Shown here: one piece after another, positions 24,359 through 32,361 of the stretch | How positions within the stretch are numbered: the stretch's first letter is position 1 | Layout of the letters: every line of letters starts with the position of its first letter | Assembly: GCA_035649435.1 (NCBI GenBank) | Contig: DASRJO010000113.1 | Coordinates: 1-62,214 of the forward strand | Length of the DNA: 62,214 bases | Direction: 5' to 3' | Origin: Candidatus Krumholzibacteriia bacterium | GTDB taxonomy: Bacteria; Krumholzibacteriota; Krumholzibacteriia; G020349025 | Notes under the pieces: model-generated | What the model was told of the DNA's origin: nothing | The model's database searches: none | The model's input: the letters and a program-made list of their open reading frames with translations, nothing else | Program-made: the position numbers and the translations under genes

Positions 24359-25966
24359 ATGATACTCGATGCCCTCGCGGCCAGGCGGGTTGCGTTCCCC
24401 CGGGGCTTCCCGGATGATGACCGCCGTCATTCGGCCAAGGAGGAGATCGCCATTCCTCGTGCACGCGCAAGGACGGCACGTGACGCAGCGCCGACACCCA
24501 GGCCGCTGCAAGGATGGGCTCGGCGCGGCCGGGTACTGCCGCGATGGGTCGTCTGCATCGGCGCCCTCACCGTGATTGGTTGCGGCCGAACGCACGACGA
24601 GTCTCGGATCCCGGCAGAAACCGGCGCGAGCGACGCCGAGGCGGCCTTCCTCGACACACTGGAAGTACGCACCTTCCGCTGGTTCTGGGACCTGAGCGCG
24701 TCACGCACGGGGCTCACGCCCGACCGCTGGCCGACGCTTTCGTTCGCGAGCGTGAGCGCCACGGGATTCGCGCTCACGGCTTATCCCATCGGCGTCGAAC
24801 GTGGCTACGTGACGCGTGACCTTGCGCGCCGCCGTGTACTCGAGACCTTGCAATGGTTCTGGTCGGCGCCGCAGGATACGTCGCGCACCGGAGCCACGGG
24901 CTATCGCGGCTTCTTCTATCACTTTCTCGACGCCGAGACCGGACTCCGCTTTCGCGATGTCGAGCTCTCCACGGTGGACACCGCTCTCTTCCTGGCCGGC
25001 GCGCTCTTCTGCCAGTCCTACTTCGACGGCGAGGCGTCGGAGGAAACTGACATCCGCGCGCTGACCGATTCGCTGTACGCGCGCGTCGACTGGCGTTGGG
25101 CACAGGTGCGCCCGCCCTCGATCGGCCATGGTTGGACGCCCGAGGAAGGCCATCTTGCTTACGATTGGCGCGGCTACAACGAGGCGATGCTCGTCTACTT
25201 GCTGGCACTCGCATCTCCCACACACCCCGTGTCTGCCGAGGCCTGGGAATCCTGGACGTCGGGATACCGCTTCGGAACATTCCACGGCCAGGAACATGTG
25301 GGATTCGCGCCACTCTTCGGCCATCAGTACACGCATGTGTGGATCGACTTCCGCGGCATCCAAGACGCGGCCATGCGCGCGCATGGGCTCGACTACTTCG
25401 AGAATTCGCGCCGCGCCGTGGTGGCACAGCATGCGTACGCTGTCGCCAACCCGATGGGCTGGTCGGGCTACGGGGCGGAGCTTTGGGGGTTGACCGCCTG
25501 CGACGGTCCGGTCGAGGGTGCGTTCGAGATCGACGGCATGCGGCGCGAGTTCCACACCTACTGGGCGCGCGGCGCTTCCTTCACCAATGTGCAAGACGAC
25601 GGCACGATCTCACCCGCGGCCGCGGCAGGATCCATCGCCTTCGCCCCGGATCTGGTGATCCCCATGTTGCGGGTGCTCCGCGACACCTACGGGACGCATG
25701 TCTTCGCCCGCTACGGTTTCGTCGACGCGCTCAACCCCACGTTCAAGCTCCAGGTTCCGGTCCAGCACGGACGCGTCGATCCGGAGCTCGGTTGGTTCGA
25801 CACCGATTACCTCGGCATCGATCAAGGCCCGGTGTTGGCGATGGTGGAGAATCACCGGAGCGAGCTGGTGTGGCGGATGATGCGCCGCAACCCCCACGTC
25901 GTCCGCGGTCTGCGCGCCGCCGGATTCACCGGCGGTTGGCTGGCGACGTTGCCGGAGGGACGATGA
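24359..25966 (+). CDS. Glucoamylase-like (alpha/alpha)6 protein of the PF10091 / GH144 type (candidate endo-beta-1,2-glucanase), lipoprotein-like
   Basis: ORF 24335..25966. Motifs I associate with the putative-glucoamylase / GH144 family are FRWFWD, GFFYHFLDAETGLR, LSTVDTALFLAGALFCQSYF, GYNEAML, FGHQYTHVWIDFRGIQD, YFENSRRA, NPMGWSGYGAELWGLTACDG, GFVDALN and YLGIDQGP. The lipobox-like LTVIGC follows RRGRVLPRWVV. The start is uncertain: the only canonical in-frame starts are 24335/24359, whereas a strong AGGAGG (24438..24443) sits 8 nt before an in-frame ATT at 24452. Confidence 0.65.
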   Translation: MILDALAARRVAFPRGFPDDDRRHSAKEEIAIPRARARTARDAAPTPRPLQGWARRGRVLPRWVVCIGALTVIGCGRTHDESRIPAETGASDAEAAFLDTLEVRTFRWFWDLSASRTGLTPDRWPTLSFASVSATGFALTAYPIGVERGYVTRDLARRRVLETLQWFWSAPQDTSRTGATGYRGFFYHFLDAETGLRFRDVELSTVDTALFLAGALFCQSYFDGEASEETDIRALTDSLYARVDWRWAQVRPPSIGHGWTPEEGHLAYDWRGYNEAMLVYLLALASPTHPVSAEAWESWTSGYRFGTFHGQEHVGFAPLFGHQYTHVWIDFRGIQDAAMRAHGLDYFENSRRAVVAQHAYAVANPMGWSGYGAELWGLTACDGPVEGAFEIDGMRREFHTYWARGASFTNVQDDGTISPAAAAGSIAFAPDLVIPMLRVLRDTYGTHVFARYGFVDALNPTFKLQVPVQHGRVDPELGWFDTDYLGIDQGPVLAMVENHRSELVWRMMRRNPHVVRGLRAAGFTGGWLATLPEGR

Positions 25967-27300
25967 ACGCGATCTGCCGCGCGAAGCGAGATCGACCCAC
26001 CAATCGACGAATGCACGTCGTCTGGATGGCCGTGGCCTTTGGGATTCCCGCCTGCGGCGGCTCGGAAGATGCGCAGCCGACGACGTTGCGCTTCTGGGCC
26101 ATGGGGCGCGAAGGCGAAGTGGTGCAAGAGATGTTGCGCGACTTCGAGGTGGAGCAACCCGGCATCCGAGTGCGGCTGCAACAGATTCCTTGGACCGCGG
26201 CACATGAGAAGCTGCTCACCGCGCACGTGGGGCGATCGACGCCGGATCTCGCCCAGCTCGGCAACACTTGGATCGCCGAGTTCACCGCTCTCCGCGCGCT
26301 GGAGCCGCTCGACGATCGGATCGCAGCTTCGACGACCCTCGACTCGACGTCGTATTTCGCCGGCATCTGGGAGACGAATCGGATGCAGGACAACATCTAT
26401 GGTGTGCCCTGGTACGTGGACACGCGCCTTCTCTTCTATCGCAAGGACATCCTGGCCCGCGCCGGTTACGATTCGATCCCCGCCACGTGGAGCGAATGGC
26501 GCACCGTGATGGAGGCGATGCTGCGCGTTGTCGGCAAGGACCATTACACCATTCTCCTGCCGCTCAACGAGTGGCTGCCGGTCGCGCTCCTCGGCCTACA
26601 GACGGGTTCGCCGCTCCTCGCCGACGCAGGCACGCGCGGCGCGTTCGCCGCGCCGCCGTTCCGGCGTGCCTTCGCGTTCTACGTCGATCTGTTCCAGAGC
26701 GGTCTCGCGCCGCCGGTGACCAACACGGAGATCGCCAACCTCTATCAGGAGTTCGAGCGCGCTTACTTCACCATGTACATCACGGGTCCGTGGAACTTGG
26801 GCGAGTTTCGCCGGCGGCTGCCGCCGGAATCCCAGGACACCTGGGCGACATCGCCGCTCCCGGGCCCGGATGGGCCCGGCGTGTCGATCGCGGGCGGATC
26901 GAGTCTCGTGCTCTTCCGCGGCTCGCGCCACAAGGAAGCCGCCTGGCGGCTGGTCGAGTTCCTGTCCCGACCCGAGCAGCAGCTGCGCTTCTACCATCTC
27001 ACCGGGAACTTGCCGGCGCGCGTGGAGACTTGGGGCGACACGGCGCTGACACAAGATGCCAACATGCGCGCCTTCGGCGCCCAGCTGCGTCGTGTGGTGC
27101 CGGCGCCCAAAGTGCCGGAATGGGAGCTGATCGCGACACGGCTGCAAGAGCGCGGCGAGCTCGCAGTGCGCGGCAGCGTGAACCTCGATTCGGTCCTGGC
27201 CATGCTCGACCGCGACGTCGATCGGATTCTCGAAAAACGGCGCTGGATGCTGGAACATGGGCGACTCACGACGGCGGGACCCGGGAGCACGAGCCCATGA
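25963..27300 (+). CDS. ABC transporter extracellular solute-binding protein (family 1, oligosaccharide type)
   Basis: In-frame part of ORF 25096..27300. The ATG at 25963 overlaps the upstream stop (ATGA) and follows GGAGGGA. The N-terminus MNAICRAK...MHVVWMAVAFGIPACGGSEDAQ is lipoprotein-like. The body (TLRFWAMGREGEVVQEML..., IPWTAAHEKLLTA, GVPWYVDTRLLFYRKD) matches sugar SBPs. Confidence 0.85.
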   Translation: MNAICRAKRDRPTNRRMHVVWMAVAFGIPACGGSEDAQPTTLRFWAMGREGEVVQEMLRDFEVEQPGIRVRLQQIPWTAAHEKLLTAHVGRSTPDLAQLGNTWIAEFTALRALEPLDDRIAASTTLDSTSYFAGIWETNRMQDNIYGVPWYVDTRLLFYRKDILARAGYDSIPATWSEWRTVMEAMLRVVGKDHYTILLPLNEWLPVALLGLQTGSPLLADAGTRGAFAAPPFRRAFAFYVDLFQSGLAPPVTNTEIANLYQEFERAYFTMYITGPWNLGEFRRRLPPESQDTWATSPLPGPDGPGVSIAGGSSLVLFRGSRHKEAAWRLVEFLSRPEQQLRFYHLTGNLPARVETWGDTALTQDANMRAFGAQLRRVVPAPKVPEWELIATRLQERGELAVRGSVNLDSVLAMLDRDVDRILEKRRWMLEHGRLTTAGPGSTSP

Positions 27301-27331
27301 CCACGGTGGCCATGAACTGGAGCACGAGTCC

Positions 27332-28222
27332 ATGAGCACGGCGGTCGAACGGCGGCAAGCGCGCGTCGCCGGTCTGTTCTTCGGGCCTGCGGTTCTTCTC
27401 ATCGGCGTCTTCTTCTTCGTGCCTGTGTGCATCGGGCTCCTCCTCAGCCTCACGGACTTCGACCTCTATGCCATCGGTGCGCGCGAGGCCGCGCGTTTCG
27501 TTGGCCTGCGCAACTATGCCGACATGCTGGCGAACCCGGTGTTCTGGACCGCTCTCCGCAACACGCTCTACTTCGTCCTCGTCGGCACACCGCTCTCGGT
27601 GCTGGTGTCGCTCGTGGGGGCGCTGCTGCTCAACGCCAAGCTCGTGCGCTACCGGTCGTTCTTTCGCACCGTGTACTTCGTGCCCGTGGTGACCACGCTC
27701 GTCGCCGTCTCCATCGTTTGGCGCTATCTCTACCATCCACGCTATGGGCTCGTGAACCATGCCCTCGGCTGGTTCGATCTCGGTCCGGTCGATTGGCTCG
27801 GCGATCCGCATTGGTCGATGCCGGGCATCATCTTTCTGTCGGTGTGGAAGAACTTCGGTTACAACATGCTGATCTTCATCGCCGGGCTGCAGAACATTCC
27901 CGAGGAGCGTTACGAGGCGGCGGCCATCGATGGCGCGGGGGCCTGGCGGCGCTTCCGTCACGTCACCCTGCCCGGGCTCGCGCCGATCTTTCTCTTCGTC
28001 GGTGTCACGACGATGATCGGCAGCTTCCAGATCTTCGCCGAGCCCTATGTCATGACCCAAGGTGGGCCCCTGCGCAGCACCACGAGCCTGGTTCTGTTCA
28101 TGTACGAGGAAGGGTTCCGCTGGTGGCGGATGGGGGTCGCGGCGGCGATCGCCTTCCTGCTCTTCCTGCTGACGTTCGCCTGGACCTTGGTGCAGCTGCG
28201 CTTGCAGCAAGGAAAGCGATGA
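27332..28222 (+). CDS. Sugar ABC transporter permease (MalF/UgpA-like)
   Basis: In-frame ATG at 27332 within ORF 27257..28222. There are six hydrophobic segments and the EAA motif YEAAAIDGAGAWRRFRHVTLPGL. Confidence 0.9.
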   Translation: MSTAVERRQARVAGLFFGPAVLLIGVFFFVPVCIGLLLSLTDFDLYAIGAREAARFVGLRNYADMLANPVFWTALRNTLYFVLVGTPLSVLVSLVGALLLNAKLVRYRSFFRTVYFVPVVTTLVAVSIVWRYLYHPRYGLVNHALGWFDLGPVDWLGDPHWSMPGIIFLSVWKNFGYNMLIFIAGLQNIPEERYEAAAIDGAGAWRRFRHVTLPGLAPIFLFVGVTTMIGSFQIFAEPYVMTQGGPLRSTTSLVLFMYEEGFRWWRMGVAAAIAFLLFLLTFAWTLVQLRLQQGKR

Positions 28223-29043
28223 AACGCCGTACGCTGCAGATCTCGAGCCTGCATGCGGCGCTCCTCCTCGGCGCCGTGGTGACTCTGACGCCGCTCGCGT
28301 GGATGGTGTCGGCGTCGCTCATGCCGGCGGGCGACGCCAACGTTTTCCCGCCGCGCTTCTTGCCGCGCAAGATCACATTCGAGCACTACGTGGCGCTGTT
28401 CACCCGGCTCGATCTCGCGCGGCATTTCATGAACAGCGTCGTCGTCACCGTGACGGCCACGGTGCTCTCCGTCATCCTCAATGGGCTCGCGGGCTATGCC
28501 TTCGCCAAGCTGGTGTTCCCGGGTCGGGAAAAGCTCTTCCGCGCTCTGACTTTGGCGCTCGTCATCCCGTCGCAAGTGGGGATGCTGCCGCTCTTTCTCC
28601 TGCTGCGCGAGATGGGGTTCGTCAACACGTACGCCGGCGTCATCGTGCCGTATCTCGCCAGCGTCCTCGGCATCTTCATGGTCCGGCAGTACGTCGTCGG
28701 CGTGCCCGATGATCTCTTGCACGCGGCGCGGGTGGACGGTGCGGGGGAGTTTCGACTGTTCTGGAGCGTCGTCGTCCCCGTCATCCAGCCCATTCTGGTG
28801 ACCTTGGCCGCGTTCACCTTCCTCTCCGCCTGGAACGACTTCATGTGGCCGCTCATCGTCTTGAGCGATGACCAGAACTACACGTTGCCCGTGGCCCTCG
28901 CGAATCTCGTGGGCGAGCACGTGCTCGACACCGAGCTCATGATGGCCGGATCGGTCCTCACCATCCTGCCGGCGTTGCTCGTCTTCCTCGTCTTCCAGCG
29001 CGCCTACGTCCGCGGCATCCTGGCCGGGAGCGTCAAGGGTTGA
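28219..29043 (+). CDS. Sugar ABC transporter permease (MalG/UgpE-like)
   Basis: In-frame ATG at 28219 within ORF 27427..29043, overlapping the upstream stop (ATGA). The EAA motif is LLHAARVDGAGEFRLFWSVVVPVI. Confidence 0.9.
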   Translation: MKRRTLQISSLHAALLLGAVVTLTPLAWMVSASLMPAGDANVFPPRFLPRKITFEHYVALFTRLDLARHFMNSVVVTVTATVLSVILNGLAGYAFAKLVFPGREKLFRALTLALVIPSQVGMLPLFLLLREMGFVNTYAGVIVPYLASVLGIFMVRQYVVGVPDDLLHAARVDGAGEFRLFWSVVVPVIQPILVTLAAFTFLSAWNDFMWPLIVLSDDQNYTLPVALANLVGEHVLDTELMMAGSVLTILPALLVFLVFQRAYVRGILAGSVKG

Positions 29044-32000
29044 GAGCGAAATCGGTGCATCTCATTCTCGCATTCGGCTGTCTGCTGATGCCTGCTGGCG
29101 CTGCGAACTGCCAGGTGGCGAGCGATCGCCGGCTGGATGCCAAGTCACTCGTGGTCGACGACTTCGAGGACCCGAGCCAGTGGTCGGTGCACCCCGCGGA
29201 TGGCGTCGACCTCGTGATCCGGTCCGAAGCGGGACTGCGCGGCCGTTGCCTGCGGCTCGACTTCGACTTCCACGGCGGCGGCGGTTATGCCGTGGCGCGC
29301 CGGACGCTCGCGCTCGAGCTGCCGGAGAACTATGCCTTTTCCTTCCGCTTGCGCGGAGAAGCACCACCCAACCATCTCGAGTTCAAGCTCGTCGATGCGA
29401 GCGGCGACAACGTGTGGTGGCACGTGCGGCGCGACGTGCGATTCGGGCGCGACTGGGAAACGGTGACGATCAAGAAGCGACACATCACTTTTGCTTGGGG
29501 ACCTCTGGGAGGCGGCGAGATTCGCCAGGTGGCGGCGCTCGAGTTCGCCATCACCGCCGGCAGCGGCGGCAAGGGCACGGTCTGGATCGACGAGCTCGAG
29601 CTGCGGACTTTGCCGCCTCCGAACGCGGTGCCGCCGCAACCCGTGGCAAGAGCCTCGTCGGTGCGGGGCGGCAGCGATGCGGCGCGCGCCACGGACGGCG
29701 ATGGATCCACCAGCTGGGAATCTGCAAGCAACGATGCGAAGCCATGGATCGAGCTCGACTTGGGCGAAAGCCGCGAGTTCGGTGGTCTCGCACTCGACTG
29801 GGAGCCAGGCCGTCATCCCACGGACTACGACATCGAGTGCTCCGATGACGGGACGACCTGGCGAACAGTGCGCTCCGTGCGTGGCGGCAACGGGGGGCGC
29901 GACCTGCACTATTTGCCCGAATCGGAATCGCGGCGACTGCGCGTGAATGTCCGGCGTGGTCCGGAGCGCGGTGTCGCCCTGCGTGAGATCACGATCCAAT
30001 CGCTCGCGTGGTCGGCGACGCGAACCGCGTTCTTCGAGGCCGTGGCGCGTGAGGCACCCCGGGGTACGTTCCCACGCGGCATGAGCGGCGAGCAGAACTA
30101 TTGGACGGTCGTCGGCGTGGATCGCGACGCGCGAGAAGCGCTATTCGGTGAAGATGGAGCGCTCGAGATCGGTCGCGGCGAGATCAGCATCGAACCGTTT
30201 CTCTGGCATCACGGCCAGCTCGTCACCTGGGCCGACGTGGAGACCGAGCATTTTCTTGAAGAAGGCAGCCTGCCCATTCCCTCGGTGCGCTGGCGGATTG
30301 GCGACCTAGAGCTGCTCGTGACCGCGTTCGCAACGGGGGAACCCGGCCGTAGCGCCGTCATCGCGCGCTACCGCGTGCGCAACCGCGGAGGGGAGAGCGT
30401 GCAGGCGAAGCTCTTCCTGGCGCTCCGGCCGTTCCAGGTGAACCCACCCACGCAGTCCCTCAACTTGCTGGGCGGCACGGCACCGTTGCGTTCCATCGCC
30501 TTCGAAGGGGACCGCGCGATCGTGAACGAAACACACCGGTTGCGGTCGCTGTCGCAACCGGCCGCATCTGGCGCGGTGCACTTCGACGGCGGTGATATCG
30601 TCGCCGACTTTCTCCGTCGCGGCGTTCTCCCACCGCAGCAGACCGTGAAGGACGAATTCGAAGCGGCCTCCGGAGCCATCGCCTACTCGCTCGACCTCGC
30701 GCCCGGAGAAGAGAGTGACGTGGGTGTCGTCGTTCCTCTCTATGCCGGGACGAAGATCGAGTTGCCAGCGGCAGCGAAGGGGTCATCCCGGTCGGCATCT
30801 GCCGATGCAGCACAAAGCTGGGTGGAGGAACGTCTCGAACGCTGCCGCGTGGACTGGCGCGAAAAGCTCGATCGCGTCGTGATCGAGCTCCCGGATTCCG
30901 CGGTGACGCAGTCGTTGCGTGCGCAGATCGGCTGGATCCTGGTCAACCGTGCAGGGGCGGCGATCCAGCCGGGGACACGCTCCTATGCTCGTTCGTGGAT
31001 CCGCGACGGGGCATTGACGTCCTCGGCCCTGCTCCGTGTCGGTCACGCCGATGCGGCGCGAGATTTCCTCGCATGGTTCGCGCCGCACCAGTATGCGAAC
31101 GGCAAGGTGCCGTGCGTGGTGGACTCGCGCGGCGCCGATCCCACGCCCGAGCACGACAGTACGGGCGAGTTCATTTTTCTCGCGACCGAGGTGCTGCGCA
31201 TGAGCGGGGATCGCGCTCTCGCCGAGCGTCTGTGGCCGCGCGTGCTGGCGGGCGCGGCGTACCTAGATTCGCTGCGCTCCACCCGGCGCACCGCCGACTA
31301 CCAAACGCCTGCGAATCGCCACTTTTTCGGTTTGCTGCCGCCATCCATCAGCCACGAAGGCTACTCGGCCAAGCCCATGCACTCGTACTGGGACGATTTC
31401 TGGGCGGTGCGGGGATTCCGCGATGCGGTGTTCCTCGCCGAGGCATTGGGGCGAAGCGGCGACCGGGACCGGCTCGTGGCGAGCCGCGACGAGTTCGAGC
31501 ACGATGTCGCAGCATCGGTCATGGCGGCCATCGCACATCATCGAATCGATTACGTCCCGGGATGCGCCGACATGGGCGACTTCGACGCCACGTCGACGAC
31601 GATCCTCCTTTCGCCCGTCCAAGCCGAAGGACTCGTGCCAAAGGCGGCCCTGGAGCGAACCTTCGCCAAGTACCTCGAGTTCTCCGCGGAGCGCAGCAAG
31701 GGAGCGCCCTGGGAGGCATTCACACCCTATGAGATCCGCAACATCGGTGCGTGTGTTCGACTGGGTTGGCGCGAGCGTGCCAACGAGCTCCTCCAGTTCT
31801 TTCTCGCAACGCAGCGGCCGCATGGCTGGCGCCAGTGGCCCGAAGTGGTGTGGCAGGACGAACGCACACCCCGGTTCCTCGGAGATCTGCCGCACGGCTG
31901 GGTCGGCTCGGATTACATCCGCTCCGTCCTCGACATGCTGGCGTACGAAAACGAGGCAGACGATACGCTCGTCCTTGCCGCCGGCGTGCCGGTCGATTGG

Positions 32001-32258
32001 CTGCGCGACAAGGGCGTCGTCGTTCGCAACCTTTCCACATCCTTCGGGCCGTTGAGCTATTCGCTGGGTATGCGAGGTGACGAGGTCGCGTTGCGCATCG
32101 AGTCGGGATTGCGCCTGCCCGCAGGCGGTGTGGTCGTGCGTGCGCCCACGCCCTGGCCGATCGGCAAGGTCGTTCTCGACGGCGCAACCGTGAGTCCGGG
32201 GCCCGCAGGCGAGATCGTGCTGCGCAATCTGCCGGCCACGCTCGTGCTCCGACGGTGA
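29040..32258 (+). CDS. Secreted multidomain protein: CIA30/CBM11-like module, F5/8 type C (discoidin) module and a GH15-like (alpha/alpha)6 domain; uncharacterised candidate glycoside hydrolase
   Basis: ORF 29040..32258 (1072 aa). The TTG start overlaps the permease stop (TTGA), and an alternative GTG lies at 29055. The signal peptide is LILAFGCLLMPAGAANC. The N-terminal module runs from VVDDFEDPSQW to KGTVWIDELEL. The discoidin-like block reads ATDGDGSTSWES...KPWIELDLGESREFGGLALDWEPGRHPTDYDIECSDDGTTW. The C-terminal half carries SYARSWIRDGALTSSALL (a Y..W.RD motif as in GH15/clan GH-L enzymes), GLLPPSISHEGY and HSYWDDFW. Confidence 0.7.
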   Translation: MRAKSVHLILAFGCLLMPAGAANCQVASDRRLDAKSLVVDDFEDPSQWSVHPADGVDLVIRSEAGLRGRCLRLDFDFHGGGGYAVARRTLALELPENYAFSFRLRGEAPPNHLEFKLVDASGDNVWWHVRRDVRFGRDWETVTIKKRHITFAWGPLGGGEIRQVAALEFAITAGSGGKGTVWIDELELRTLPPPNAVPPQPVARASSVRGGSDAARATDGDGSTSWESASNDAKPWIELDLGESREFGGLALDWEPGRHPTDYDIECSDDGTTWRTVRSVRGGNGGRDLHYLPESESRRLRVNVRRGPERGVALREITIQSLAWSATRTAFFEAVAREAPRGTFPRGMSGEQNYWTVVGVDRDAREALFGEDGALEIGRGEISIEPFLWHHGQLVTWADVETEHFLEEGSLPIPSVRWRIGDLELLVTAFATGEPGRSAVIARYRVRNRGGESVQAKLFLALRPFQVNPPTQSLNLLGGTAPLRSIAFEGDRAIVNETHRLRSLSQPAASGAVHFDGGDIVADFLRRGVLPPQQTVKDEFEAASGAIAYSLDLAPGEESDVGVVVPLYAGTKIELPAAAKGSSRSASADAAQSWVEERLERCRVDWREKLDRVVIELPDSAVTQSLRAQIGWILVNRAGAAIQPGTRSYARSWIRDGALTSSALLRVGHADAARDFLAWFAPHQYANGKVPCVVDSRGADPTPEHDSTGEFIFLATEVLRMSGDRALAERLWPRVLAGAAYLDSLRSTRRTADYQTPANRHFFGLLPPSISHEGYSAKPMHSYWDDFWAVRGFRDAVFLAEALGRSGDRDRLVASRDEFEHDVAASVMAAIAHHRIDYVPGCADMGDFDATSTTILLSPVQAEGLVPKAALERTFAKYLEFSAERSKGAPWEAFTPYEIRNIGACVRLGWRERANELLQFFLATQRPHGWRQWPEVVWQDERTPRFLGDLPHGWVGSDYIRSVLDMLAYENEADDTLVLAAGVPVDWLRDKGVVVRNLSTSFGPLSYSLGMRGDEVALRIESGLRLPAGGVVVRAPTPWPIGKVVLDGATVSPGPAGEIVLRNLPATLVLRR

Positions 32259-32361
32259 GATGGTGGAACAGGACACAACTCGAACGGCCGCCCCCGCAAC
32301 GAATACGAACTGCCCAGCGCGCCCGATGTCGCCCAACCTGGTACAGAGCATCTCTTCTCGA

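Noticed and set aside
20783-24595. The full 1270-aa ORF as listed in the track
   Set aside because: The N-terminal ~460 aa (Arg/Pro-rich) are an alternative-frame read-through of the well-supported ABC ATPase gene 23194..24336. Only the part from the ATG at 23215 (signal peptide onward) looks like the MscK-like protein.
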